Of a stretch of DNA of 64,000 nucleotides, positions 1 through 9,939 are shown piece by piece (position 1 is the stretch's first letter; every line of letters starts with the position of its first letter). A program made the position numbers and the translations under genes. The notes below the pieces were generated by a model, which did not search any database, had not been told where the DNA came from, and worked only from the letters and a program-made list of their open reading frames with translations. The stretch is from an uncultured Hyphomonadaceae bacterium (GTDB lineage Bacteria > Pseudomonadota > Alphaproteobacteria > Caulobacterales > Maricaulaceae): positions 182,618 to 246,617 of the forward strand of contig CAJXPX010000001.1 in the NCBI GenBank assembly GCA_913058335.1. The letters are read 5' to 3'.

Positions 1-349
1 CGATAATGGCAGCACTCAGGAAAACCCAAATCATATACCCTATCGTCAAATAGCTCGCGAAATATTCCCATTTGGCATCATTAAGGGAACTGAAAATGAA
101 TATTTTCACAACAATGAAAGCAAGAAATGACGCGGCGATCCACAAGGGACCGATAAGCGTGCGATGAAATTTTCCTTTTAAGTCTTCAAGAGCAAAAATG
201 TAAGCTAACCGCCAGTCCCGGACACCATTCGCCAAATCGCGCCAAGCCAAAACTGATTTTTTTTCCGGACAGATAGTAACTTTCAAAGGGGCATCCCGAC
301 CTGAATGTATATAGGACTCATCGCTTTCCAAAATATTGACTTCAGACAT
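1..349 (-). CDS. wzm: ABC-2 type polysaccharide export permease (Wzm/RfbA-like), N-terminal part; runs off the left edge
   Basis: Not in the ORF track. My translation from ATG at 349 gives MSEVNILESD...WRDLANGVRDWRLAYIFALEDLKGKFHRTLIGPLWIAASFLAFIVVKIFIF..., the typical Wzm N-terminus (DL..ryrrs.lGp.W) followed by TM segments. It overlaps the stop of the upstream GT4. Confidence 0.8.
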   Translation of the reverse strand, partial: MSEVNILESDESYIHSGRDAPLKVTICPEKKSVLAWRDLANGVRDWRLAYIFALEDLKGKFHRTLIGPLWIAASFLAFIVVKIFIFSSLNDAKWEYFASYLTIGYMIWVFLSAAII

Positions 350-1574
350 TATCCCACGCCTTTAACATCCGGTGGCACACCTGTGCCCATAGAAACTTTT
401 CGCGCACCCGAATTTGAGCTAACTTGACTGTCTTATCGACAAGCTCTTCGTTGGACAACAGTAAGCGGCTTATAGTTTTTAGCCGCTGTCTTTTTTTAAG
501 CGGCGCGAAAAATCCGGTCTCTCCATCCAATAGAACATCCCGCATACCTCCGGTTCCTGACGATATAACCGGAATACCGGCGGCCATCGCCTCCAGCATC
601 ACAATACCAAACCCTTCTACACCGCCAGCGCGTGTAGTCTTGGACAACAATACGAATTGGTCCATCGCTTCAATCGCTTTCCACTTAGAAAACTCGTCAG
701 GAATAGGACGAAAGTGTACCCGTTCCTCTACGCCTAAATGGACGGCCAATTGCATCAACTCTCTATGGTGATGGCCATTTCCCGCAATTAGACCATGGAC
801 GCCGTCAGGGCTTGTTGAAATAAGATTGATTAGAGCTTCGATATTTTTATGCGGAACGAGTCTTCCTACCGTCCCAACAATTTGGACATTTTTAGGTAAG
901 TTCAAAATATCCCGCGCTTTCACACGCCGCTCAACCCGAGCAGGCGCAGAAATATCAGAGTATTCATCAATCGAATTTTGAGAAATACCACACCCAATTA
1001 CATGGGAGTATCCACGGGGTTTTATCCGTTTCACCAAAGATTGGGTAAACTGGCTATTGCAGAAAACAATATCACTTTTTTTGACAGTCTCAAAAACCGC
1101 CACCCGATGAGACGCACGTCGTTGAATGACCCGCTCATGTAGTGCTTGTTTAAGGTTAGGCCATCTCAAACAAGCAAAAAGTTCCAAACCGTGATATACG
1201 CTTCCAGTACTCGGAAAGGACCGCCCGTTTTTAGAAAAATGGGCTTTTAATTCCATCAAAGCCTGACCGTAATAATGGGGGTGTAAACTCAAAGCACGGG
1301 TGATCTGATGGTCCTCAACAATCCCTTCAAGCATTTTCATTGCTCTAGGGCCCTCTTCTAAATGCCAAGCTGGCCCGCTCATGATTTCAGGTCGTGCTTC
1401 ACGATCCTGAATATATGTGTATGGAGCCGCTTTAACTCTCTCGTCACCAGAAAAAGGGGAGAGCACGACTACGCGATGCCCGGCCTCAACGAGAGACACT
1501 GAAAGATTGTGAGTCATCGCAGCAATTCCTCCCATTTTAGGAAGAAAATCTGGCGATACGACAAGAATATTCAT
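342..1574 (-). CDS. Glycosyltransferase family 4 (GT-B)
   Basis: N-terminal ILVVSPDFLPKMGGIA; C-terminal VGRLVPHKN and EGFGIVMLEAMAAGIPVI motifs. Confidence 0.92.
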   Translation of the reverse strand: MNILVVSPDFLPKMGGIAAMTHNLSVSLVEAGHRVVVLSPFSGDERVKAAPYTYIQDREARPEIMSGPAWHLEEGPRAMKMLEGIVEDHQITRALSLHPHYYGQALMELKAHFSKNGRSFPSTGSVYHGLELFACLRWPNLKQALHERVIQRRASHRVAVFETVKKSDIVFCNSQFTQSLVKRIKPRGYSHVIGCGISQNSIDEYSDISAPARVERRVKARDILNLPKNVQIVGTVGRLVPHKNIEALINLISTSPDGVHGLIAGNGHHHRELMQLAVHLGVEERVHFRPIPDEFSKWKAIEAMDQFVLLSKTTRAGGVEGFGIVMLEAMAAGIPVISSGTGGMRDVLLDGETGFFAPLKKRQRLKTISRLLLSNEELVDKTVKLAQIRVREKFLWAQVCHRMLKAWDNV

Positions 1575-2021
1575 GGGTGAAAGGTCAAGAACAGAACTAA
1601 CAAATTACTTGGTTAAATTTGTTTTCCACAGCGGAAGTCGTATGTAATGCGATTAAGTAATTGAATAAAACCGTTCATTTACGTGCAACTTTCTCACTGT
1701 CCTACTTTGTTCTCTGGGCATAAATCAGACTACACTATTCGGCCCTAAACGAGTGTCTTACATAAACCTTGAGGTGTCGCCATCAATACAAAAAAGCATT
1801 GTCTAAGATTTTCAATCTAGAGAAGAAATACCTCAGATTATTATTATAAGTTGAATATTACCATATGGCCAGCGACGGCATTCTATATCCCTGCCTCGGC
1901 TCTTTCTTTATTTGCGATGAATTGGCGTAAGTGAGATTCGAATCATACACTTTTGTCGACATGACAGAGTTCGGGCATGTCTTCGCAGTATATAAGCATA
2001 GAATCGACGAAGCACGGATAT

Positions 2022-3293
2022 TTACCGTTCAAATCGCAGCGCGTTGGCCACGCCTTCGCGGTAGTGTCGCGCAGCGTCTAGGTAGAACACTATACTCAAA
2101 ACGTTGAACACCAAAATAGCTGTCAGTGCTCTTTGAATTGACCGAGCGCCTAACTCTTCCGCAAAGTAATCTGAAATCATTCCCAGAAGAACCGGTCCTA
2201 ACCCGATGCCGACGAGTGTCATAGATAACAGCATCACAGCGGCGGCCATAGCGCGCATCTGTACTGGCACGAGTTCCTGCATCGCCGTGTAAGAGATCGA
2301 AGCATAAAGCAGTCCGAATAAACCAGGTACAAAATAAACTAAATAAGCCGTTTGTTTGTCTGGGGCATAAAGAAACCAGATGATGAAAGGAAAAGCGAGA
2401 AGCCCTGTGGTTAGAATTGTCCAAGGACGCCAACGTAGGTCTTTTTGTGATAATTTATCACATATGGCTCCGACGGTAATTGCCCCGATGCCGCCCAAAC
2501 CGCCCATAAGAAGCCCAAGTGCTATACCAAGCTCTCCTATCGGGACTTCATGGACGCGGATGAGATAGAGAGGGATACCCACCAGAAAGGCATTGGCTGA
2601 AATACAGACAAAAACACCACCTAGAAGCAGGCTCACCATAGCCCGCTGAGACAGAAAAAATGCCATAGTTTCCTTAAGACTTGGCGTATCTCCCTCTTGT
2701 TGCCGCCCTTCGGACTGGCCACGCCTAGGCTCAGCCACTGTAAACATCAGGAGAAGCGCTAAGACGAGTCCCGGTACACCCGCGACAAAGAATGCCATAC
2801 GCCAACCATATTTTGCGGCAATTGCGCCGCCTAAAATAAACCCAATTAATATTCCAAGACTTATACCGGTCGTATAAATACCCAAAGCTAAAGCACGGCG
2901 TTTGGGGGGGAATACATCCGCGATCATCGCTGTTGCTGGCGGAGTGCCGCCAGCTTCCCCAATTCCAACGCCCATGCGCGCTATAGCTAATTGCCAGAAG
3001 CTTCCAGCAAAGCCGCTAAGAGCCGTCATCCCTGACCATATAGACAATGACAAAGCGACAATATTTCGCCGATTGCCTCGGTCAGCCCAAGCCGCAAAAG
3101 GTATACCAAGAACAGCATAGAAAAAGGCGAATACAATACCGGTTAGAAGTCCGATTTGCGTATCGCTCAATCCGAATTCTTGCTTTATGGGCTCCGACAA
3201 TATCACCATAATCTGTCGATCAACGTGATTAAGAGAGTAAACCAGCGTCAGAATAAGGAGAATATACCAGCGATTTGTTGAATGGGTTTTCAT
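2022..3293 (-). CDS. MFS transporter, spinster-like family
   Basis: LNHVDRQIMVIL, ADRGNRRNIV motif A, GIGEAGGTPP; about 12 hydrophobic segments. Confidence 0.92.
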   Translation of the reverse strand: MKTHSTNRWYILLILTLVYSLNHVDRQIMVILSEPIKQEFGLSDTQIGLLTGIVFAFFYAVLGIPFAAWADRGNRRNIVALSLSIWSGMTALSGFAGSFWQLAIARMGVGIGEAGGTPPATAMIADVFPPKRRALALGIYTTGISLGILIGFILGGAIAAKYGWRMAFFVAGVPGLVLALLLMFTVAEPRRGQSEGRQQEGDTPSLKETMAFFLSQRAMVSLLLGGVFVCISANAFLVGIPLYLIRVHEVPIGELGIALGLLMGGLGGIGAITVGAICDKLSQKDLRWRPWTILTTGLLAFPFIIWFLYAPDKQTAYLVYFVPGLFGLLYASISYTAMQELVPVQMRAMAAAVMLLSMTLVGIGLGPVLLGMISDYFAEELGARSIQRALTAILVFNVLSIVFYLDAARHYREGVANALRFER

Positions 3294-3295
3294 AG

Positions 3296-4216
3296 CTATT
3301 CCGCCCTCTCAAGAAACCCGCGAATGTCATGGGTAAGCTGTTCTGGTTTTTCTTCTTGCGGAATGTGGCCCGCATTTTCATAAAATTTCAGAGTTGCATT
3401 GGGGAGCGCCTCAAGGAATTGATTTGCCTGCGCCGAAGGAATCATTTTGTCCCCCTCGCCCCAAATAATGAGTGTCGGAGTTTTAATCTTTGCCAGATCA
3501 GACGTCGGGTCAGGCAGCGTGAATTTTTCTAAACGCCTTACAAAAGCCTCCCCGTTTCCAGGTTGTTGCATCATATCATAAAGGATATTGAGACGGCTTT
3601 CTGACAATTTCGTCGGATCTGAATAAAGAGCAGCGGTCGCTTGTTTCACGCCAGCCAAGGGGGCTTTTGTCAAATATAGCTTTAACATCACCGGCACTTC
3701 AACAGGGGTATCGGTGACGCCGTTAATTGAAAAACCACCCGGTGAGATCAAAACAAGTTTTGAAATTTTTTCCGGATATTGTTCAGCCAGACGCCATGAC
3801 ACTAAGCCGCCCAGTGAGTTTCCGATTAAAACCGAGTTCTCTACCTTTAAAGCATCAATAAATCCTCTTAGAATTGCAACAGTCTCTTGATTTGAATAGC
3901 GCTCTTGCGGGTCAGGCCCGGTTAACCCGTGTCCTGGAAGATCTAAACGAATGACCCGGTAATCCACCGAAAGGTCATCGGCTACCGTGTCCCACGTTTC
4001 CAATGAGGACGTAAAACCATGCACCATAATCAGGGTTTGAGCGTTTTTTGGCCCCTCATCTCGATAACGAATATCAAGACCGTCTACCTTGACAAGGTGA
4101 TCCGCTGCTTGGAAATAAGGACTTTCCAATCGTTTAGATGTCTCTTGCGGCTTTTCACTACAAGCCAGCATAGTCAGAGACAAGATACACGAAACGAGAA
4201 TGGCAAAAAATTTCAT
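3296..4216 (-). CDS. Alpha/beta hydrolase, probable lipoprotein
   Basis: HGFTSS oxyanion motif, GNSLG nucleophile elbow, AGHIPQEE His motif; N-terminal hydrophobic signal ending MLAC. Confidence 0.88.
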   Translation of the reverse strand: MKFFAILVSCILSLTMLACSEKPQETSKRLESPYFQAADHLVKVDGLDIRYRDEGPKNAQTLIMVHGFTSSLETWDTVADDLSVDYRVIRLDLPGHGLTGPDPQERYSNQETVAILRGFIDALKVENSVLIGNSLGGLVSWRLAEQYPEKISKLVLISPGGFSINGVTDTPVEVPVMLKLYLTKAPLAGVKQATAALYSDPTKLSESRLNILYDMMQQPGNGEAFVRRLEKFTLPDPTSDLAKIKTPTLIIWGEGDKMIPSAQANQFLEALPNATLKFYENAGHIPQEEKPEQLTHDIRGFLERAE

Positions 4217-5094
4217 TTGAATGTTTCCAAGAACGAGTCAATTGCCTTGAGACTTTGAGGTTCAGTCAAAATCGGCGCGTGCCCAATATCGGGGATAGTC
4301 ACAGCTTTAAAATCCGGGTGAGACCGCTCCATTGCGTTAAGGGTTTGCTCTGATAAAATATCGGAACGCTGCCCCCGAATAGTCATAACCGGGATGGAAT
4401 GGAGGCTCTCGAATAATGGCCACATATCTACAGGCGAAGAAACGGTTTCATCGTCTTTGAAGGGATTTGCCAATGCCGGATCATAAGCAAACTGAATTTT
4501 TCCGTCAGCCTTTTCAACGCAAGTTCGTTTGGCGAAAGCGAGCCAGTCATCGAAAGAATATAGTGGGAAAACGTCAGTCCCTTGTTGGGTTTTGATTGAT
4601 CTCGCAGCGTCTTCCCAAGATGCAAACTCGTGGGTCGCTCCGACATAGCCCTGAATACGTATGAGGCCAGCCGGGTCAATTTCTGGGCCAATGTCGTTAA
4701 TAATCGCCCCTCTGAATAGTCCCGGTTTTTCTGCAGCCATCATCATTATCATGATACCCCCCATTGAGGTGCCAATCACGACGACATTCTGAAGTTTTAA
4801 ATTCTCCAATAAAGCAAACACATCAGAGCAGTATATATCCGGACGATATTTGCTTGGATCTGGATCATTCTCTGATTTACCTCGCCCCCGTTGATCCACC
4901 GTAATAATTCGAAACCGCTCATTAAGATGCAAAGCCAGATCATGAAAATCAGCGGAATTGCGGGTTAGTCCATGCAGGCACAATAGGGCTGGCTTGTCCG
5001 TATTATTATCATAATCCCGAGCATAAAGCGTCAGCCCCTCGGCCGATTTGAAATAGATGTCCTTGTAAGATTCAGTCAAAAAAACGGCCTTCAT
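4213..5094 (-). CDS. Alpha/beta hydrolase
   Basis: HGLTRNSADF, DQRGRGKS, GTSMG nucleophile, IGHAPIL. Confidence 0.9.
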   Translation of the reverse strand: MKAVFLTESYKDIYFKSAEGLTLYARDYDNNTDKPALLCLHGLTRNSADFHDLALHLNERFRIITVDQRGRGKSENDPDPSKYRPDIYCSDVFALLENLKLQNVVVIGTSMGGIMIMMMAAEKPGLFRGAIINDIGPEIDPAGLIRIQGYVGATHEFASWEDAARSIKTQQGTDVFPLYSFDDWLAFAKRTCVEKADGKIQFAYDPALANPFKDDETVSSPVDMWPLFESLHSIPVMTIRGQRSDILSEQTLNAMERSHPDFKAVTIPDIGHAPILTEPQSLKAIDSFLETFK

Positions 5095-6631
5095 ATTTTT
5101 TGCGGAGTTCGCGTTTTAAAATCTTTCCGTTTGGATTACGCGGAATTTCGTCAATAATATGAACCCCCGTAATCCGCTGCTGCCTACCGACTTGTTTGTT
5201 CGTCCAGGCTTTCAGTCCATCTTGATCAATTGAGCCATTTCTCGCCGCCACTATTGCGAGCGGTGTTTCTCCCCATTTCTTACTTTTCACACCTATCACG
5301 GCGACATCTTTAACATCGTTATGAAGGATCATTATCGCCTCTATATCTTGAGGATAAACATTCTGGCCTCCCGACAGGATCATGTCCTTTTTCCGGTCAA
5401 CGATATAGAGAAAGCCTTTTTCATCTAGATAACCGATATCTCCTGTCCGGAGCCAATGAATGCCCTGTCCGTCGACCCATAAGGAGTCTCTGGTCGCATC
5501 TTCTTTGTTATAATATTCAGGCATGACGATGCGCCCGCAAGAAACAATCTCTCCCGCTTGCCCCGTCTCGCATTCCCTATCATCGTCACCCAATATTTTA
5601 AGGTCCGTTCCGAGGAGCGGAAGCCCCACAGAGGAAAGACGATCCATGGCGTCTTCCGGATCCAATGTTGTAATTACGCCCTCGGTAAGACCGTATAATT
5701 CGATTATTCCGCAATCAAAACGGTCAAATAGGGCCGCTTTAACAGACTCCCTTAAAGGAGAGCCTGCACTCATCATGCTCTGCATTGACGAAACATCATA
5801 ATTGCTATGGTCAAAATCCATCATCCGTTCATATAAGGTGGGCACCATGGACAGATGCGTAATTTTTTCCTGTTCAATTTTCTGCCATAAGTTTTCGGCG
5901 TCGAATTTTCCATTTATCAAAACGGTTCCGCCGGCAATCATCGTCGAGAGGAGTCCAACCCAAGTTATATTAGAGTAAAGACCTATCGTGACGAGAAAAC
6001 GCGCAGAACTATTATAGCGGAGCGTTAACGCCATATCATAGGCCCAGTCACGGCGACCCTGATGGGTATGAACAATGCCCTTAGGCTGTCCAGTTGTTCC
6101 AGAAGAATAGATTATGTTCAAATAATCATCAGGCTTAAGTTCAACTTCGGGACGGGTTTTCAGTTGAGCATCTCGCCATATTTCGAATTCTTTCCATCCT
6201 GACAGCCCTGCCCCCGAACAGATACGATTGTTAAAAGCAATTTTTGGTAACTTACTTTCTAACCCTTCAATACGAGAAGCATGTTCTGCGGATGCCAATA
6301 TTGCGGTCGCGCCGCTATCTATCACCATATTTAATATAGCGTCATCTGTCACGGAAACATTTAGTGGCGCCGAAACAAACCCCCCCGCCATAATCCCGAA
6401 TAACGCTTCCATCATAGGCAGTCCGTTGGACATAAGTACAATAACCCGGTCCCCCTTTTCGAGGCCCATTTCTATCAGCCCATTGGCCACCTGATAGGTC
6501 CGCTCATTAAAGCTCTTCCAGCTGAGAGTTTCATCCTCTGTAATGAGAGCAGGCTTTTCTGCGCGCCATTTTCCATGGAGGGCAAAGATATCCGGCAGTA
6601 AAGGATCAGTGGGAAGAATTATTTTAGGCAC
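5072..6631 (-). CDS. Acyl-CoA synthetase (class I adenylate-forming enzyme)
   Basis: YSSGTTGQPKG, YGLTEG, LRTGDIG, DRKKDMILSGGQNVYP, PRNPNGKILK. Confidence 0.93.
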   Translation of the reverse strand: MPKIILPTDPLLPDIFALHGKWRAEKPALITEDETLSWKSFNERTYQVANGLIEMGLEKGDRVIVLMSNGLPMMEALFGIMAGGFVSAPLNVSVTDDAILNMVIDSGATAILASAEHASRIEGLESKLPKIAFNNRICSGAGLSGWKEFEIWRDAQLKTRPEVELKPDDYLNIIYSSGTTGQPKGIVHTHQGRRDWAYDMALTLRYNSSARFLVTIGLYSNITWVGLLSTMIAGGTVLINGKFDAENLWQKIEQEKITHLSMVPTLYERMMDFDHSNYDVSSMQSMMSAGSPLRESVKAALFDRFDCGIIELYGLTEGVITTLDPEDAMDRLSSVGLPLLGTDLKILGDDDRECETGQAGEIVSCGRIVMPEYYNKEDATRDSLWVDGQGIHWLRTGDIGYLDEKGFLYIVDRKKDMILSGGQNVYPQDIEAIMILHNDVKDVAVIGVKSKKWGETPLAIVAARNGSIDQDGLKAWTNKQVGRQQRITGVHIIDEIPRNPNGKILKRELRKKYEGRFFD

Positions 6632-6710
6632 AATAAGACTCGTAAAGTTTGACCCGCTTTGTAGAGAGCATCATAATCGAATTAATTTTTTCACGGACCG
6701 GAGACATCAA

Positions 6711-7379
6711 TTGGCGAAACCTGCCGAAACCCCTGAGCAAAAGCCGTCGAGGAAAACACGAATTCTCGACGCAGCTGAGGCTTTGTTTGCGCAATATGGT
6801 TTTGACGCCGTTACCCTGCGCCAAATCACAAAGCTGGCGGGCGTAGATGTCGCCCTTGCTAACTACCATTTCGGTCCGAAACGTGATTTGTTTAATGCGG
6901 TTCTGGAGCGCCGCGCAGATGTTTTGAACAATGCCCGCCACACTGCCCTGGATGAATGTTTGGCCGCTGCCGGGGATGAGGCTCCGACTGTTGACGCCAT
7001 TATTGAGGCTTATCTTGGCCCTCTTGGAAAAATCCATAACTCCGCAGATGAAGGATGGCGGCATTATTTGGCACTGATCGCTTACGTCAACAACTCCCAT
7101 GAATATGGCGGCGAGTTCATGACCCAATTTTTTAACCCGCTGGTGAAGCGCTTTATCGAGGCGCTTCGGCTGGCTTTGCCGGAGGCCGATGAAAAAGCAA
7201 TTTACTGGTCGTATCATTATCTATCCGGAGCTCTCACATTGACATTTGCGGATACAGGGCGACTGGACGTCTTATCAGACGGCTCAACGTCCTCTTCCGA
7301 CACGAAGTTGGGTTATGCGCATATGAGCTCTTTTGTTACTGCCGGTATCAAAGCTATATGCGCACAGGAAACACCTTAA
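6711..7379 (+). CDS. TetR/AcrR family transcriptional regulator
   Basis: HTH RILDAAEALFAQYGFDAVTLRQITKLAGVDVALANYHFGPKRDLF. Start moved to TTG 6711, which follows a GGAGA RBS; the track start at 6543 overlaps the divergent ligase. Confidence 0.9.
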   Translation: MAKPAETPEQKPSRKTRILDAAEALFAQYGFDAVTLRQITKLAGVDVALANYHFGPKRDLFNAVLERRADVLNNARHTALDECLAAAGDEAPTVDAIIEAYLGPLGKIHNSADEGWRHYLALIAYVNNSHEYGGEFMTQFFNPLVKRFIEALRLALPEADEKAIYWSYHYLSGALTLTFADTGRLDVLSDGSTSSSDTKLGYAHMSSFVTAGIKAICAQETP

Positions 7380-9649
7380 TATTTAAAGCCTATGGATGCC
7401 GTGACAGTTGTCGGCGAGGTGTAGAAGGTTGAATAAGCACTATCTATTCCGAGCGGGGCCGGGTTGGCAAAATTGTACCCCGCGACTCGCGCGCGCTCAT
7501 CCGTCAAGTTCCGGCCATAGATGCCGAAGTCCCAACGCTCACTTTCACTCGTCCATTTTACACCCAGATCAAAGACCGTATATTTCTCTGGATCCAAAGC
7601 CGGACCGCCCTGTGGAAAACTCGGATTGGTTCCGGATGCAAATCCTGGATTAGCTGCGTTGAACAAGAAATACTCATCCCGGTAAGACGCTGACCCAGTA
7701 AATTTCAGGCTTCCCTTATTGTCGAGGTCATACTCATAGGCGAAGCCAAACCGCGTCGTAAACTCAGGGGTGTTCTGAGGCACATATTGTTCGGCAATAT
7801 TCCCCAATGCCGCATCAATTACTTCTGTGATTTCCGCATCTATATAGCCGATAACAGAGTTGAGCGTGAAATTATCGCTTAATCGAAGCGCGCCTTCAAA
7901 TTCAATGCCCTTATATTCCGACTTACCCGCATTCAAGACAGTAGAGGCAAAATCATTCGGAGTGCCCACCGAACCGGGCAAAGCTGGATTGTAAATCGCC
8001 GTTTGCACAGTAATTTGCTGATCTTTATAATCCGACATAAATCCTGCCAAAGCATAAGTTAGTCGGTTATCAAAAAGCGACCCTTTGGCGCCGATCTCAT
8101 AGCTATCCACGGTTTCCGGGCCAAACCCTGCGCGACTAATCCCTTGGTCAGCGGACGCGTTTGACCGAGGGTCAAAACCGCCGGCCTTGAAGCCTCTGGA
8201 ATAGGACGCGTAAACATTCATTTCCGGAGTAAGGGCATAATCTACAGCAATCCGAGGTGTAAATTCATCATCTTTACGCTCAATATCGGAGTAGCCTGTC
8301 AGTAGTGTTGGGCCGATTGAGCCTGTATTTGAGTCATCAAAACTGCCTGAGCCCACACCAAACCAAAGTTCCCGAGTTACATCTGCGATAGATTTGTCTT
8401 CAGTATAGCGGGCGCCTAAAGAAACATTCAAACGGTCCGTAAAGGCATAAGTGAAGTCCCCGTAAAATGAGAGATTCTTTTTTTGCTGCTCTCCCGCTAC
8501 GTAAACCGTCAGGCCAAGTCCGCCGAGGATCGTGTCAAAGGCGCCATCAGCTGTACCTTCTAGGTAATAGACCCCAGCAACACCGGAAAGGCGGTCCCCA
8601 GAGTACAAAACCTGAAATTCCTGGCTGAATTGATCGTCATTATAAAAGGCCGGAACATCAAAATCAGGTTGGGGTAAAGCATCAAAATCAATAGGAGTTA
8701 CTGTCTCACCCTCGCGATAAGCCGTGACCGACTTAAAGGTTAAACTATCTGTCGCCTCCCATGACGCCGTCAAGGAAGCCCCTTTTGTTTTGACTTCGTT
8801 ACGATCTCCTGCCCCGCCTCGCGTATCGTATTCATCCTCCGTTACAGCTATTGTTCCATCAAAACTCGGCAAGAGGCGATGGCCGTGTTTTGCGTTCGAA
8901 TCGTCTTGAGTTATATCTGCCGCGGCTCGAATATTGATCGTATCTGTTGGTTGCCATTCGGCGCTTAGGCGTCCTGCCAAAACATCTTTATTGTAATGAT
9001 CGGCCCCAGTGAAAAGATTCTGGCCAAATCCATCCCGACGGTAATGCGCAATCGCGCCGCCCACGGCAAAAGTGTCGCCAACAGGAATGGAGCCTGATGC
9101 AATTTGATCAAACTGGTTATAAGTGCCTACATTAATTCTTGCTTTTAGCTCCGGCTCTTCCATGTTTAAGCCCTTGGTGACGTATTTAATCGCGCCGCCA
9201 ATGGTGTTCCGGCCGTATAGCGTGCCTTGCGGACCGCGTAGGACTTCGACACGTTCTACATCGAAAATATCCAGAACTGCGCCTTGTGGACGGGCAATAT
9301 ACACATCATCGACATAAATCCCGACACCCGGCTCAAACCCCCAGACCGGATCCTGCTGACCCACACCCCGAATAAAAGCGATGAGCGTAGAGTTTGACCC
9401 GCGCGCAACTTCTATCGTCGCATTTGGCGTAACTTTTTGAACATCCGTAATATCAATTGCACCAATGTCCTGAAGAGCCTCTCCGGAAATAGCCGTGACA
9501 GAAACAGGAACATCTTTAAGGCTTTGTTCGCGGCGCTGAGCTGTGACAACGATTTCATCATTGTTTTGCGCGAAGGCCGGATCGGTAAATGCCATCGCAG
9601 ACAAGACTAATATGGACGACGACAATTTCAGTGCGAGACTGGTTTTCAT
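7376..9649 (-). CDS. TonB-dependent receptor
   Basis: Signal peptide, EIVVTAQRREQSL, plug motif VEVLRGPQGTLYGRNTIGGAI, C-terminal aromatic residue (GFKY). Confidence 0.95.
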   Translation of the reverse strand: MKTSLALKLSSSILVLSAMAFTDPAFAQNNDEIVVTAQRREQSLKDVPVSVTAISGEALQDIGAIDITDVQKVTPNATIEVARGSNSTLIAFIRGVGQQDPVWGFEPGVGIYVDDVYIARPQGAVLDIFDVERVEVLRGPQGTLYGRNTIGGAIKYVTKGLNMEEPELKARINVGTYNQFDQIASGSIPVGDTFAVGGAIAHYRRDGFGQNLFTGADHYNKDVLAGRLSAEWQPTDTINIRAAADITQDDSNAKHGHRLLPSFDGTIAVTEDEYDTRGGAGDRNEVKTKGASLTASWEATDSLTFKSVTAYREGETVTPIDFDALPQPDFDVPAFYNDDQFSQEFQVLYSGDRLSGVAGVYYLEGTADGAFDTILGGLGLTVYVAGEQQKKNLSFYGDFTYAFTDRLNVSLGARYTEDKSIADVTRELWFGVGSGSFDDSNTGSIGPTLLTGYSDIERKDDEFTPRIAVDYALTPEMNVYASYSRGFKAGGFDPRSNASADQGISRAGFGPETVDSYEIGAKGSLFDNRLTYALAGFMSDYKDQQITVQTAIYNPALPGSVGTPNDFASTVLNAGKSEYKGIEFEGALRLSDNFTLNSVIGYIDAEITEVIDAALGNIAEQYVPQNTPEFTTRFGFAYEYDLDNKGSLKFTGSASYRDEYFLFNAANPGFASGTNPSFPQGGPALDPEKYTVFDLGVKWTSESERWDFGIYGRNLTDERARVAGYNFANPAPLGIDSAYSTFYTSPTTVTASIGFKY

Positions 9650-9676
9650 AATTATTCCCCATGGAGCGACACTAAT

Positions 9677-9733
9677 TTCAACAAGTGTTCAATTTCAACG
9701 CTTGTTGAATAACAGGGGTTGTAAATTTGTCAA
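9677..9733 (-). promoter_or_regulatory. Sigma70-like promoter of the TonB receptor, with two tandem palindromic operator boxes
   Basis: Minus-strand TTGACA (9733-9728), 16 nt, then TATTCA. Boxes TTCAACAAGTGTTCAA (9677-9692) and TTCAACGCTTGTTGAA (9694-9709) overlap the -10/+1 region. Confidence 0.6.
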
Positions 9734-9939
9734 TACGGGTTTTTAAATGATTTAGACCTGTTGCAAATTTGCCGTCTTGATTGAAATATGCCACGCGAGA
9801 GAAGACAAAGAGAGTAACGCTTCTCAGGGCATGGTCCATTTTCGGCGATGGCAAGAGCTTGAGGGCATTTCATATTTCCGCTCAAGCGCTTTTCCCTGCT
9901 CGCAATCCAGTGCGGAGCGTCTTACGGCTTCCAAATGAA

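Noticed and set aside
4261-5082. Repeat TTCAGTCAAAA at 4261 and 5072
   Set aside because: An 11-bp coincidence inside coding sequence (ILTE/FLTE codons), with no flanking similarity.
6543-7217. Track ORF 6624-7217 (minus) and the long N-terminus of the TetR from 6543
   Set aside because: The first is an antisense shadow of the TetR; the extension overlaps the divergent ligase and lacks an RBS.
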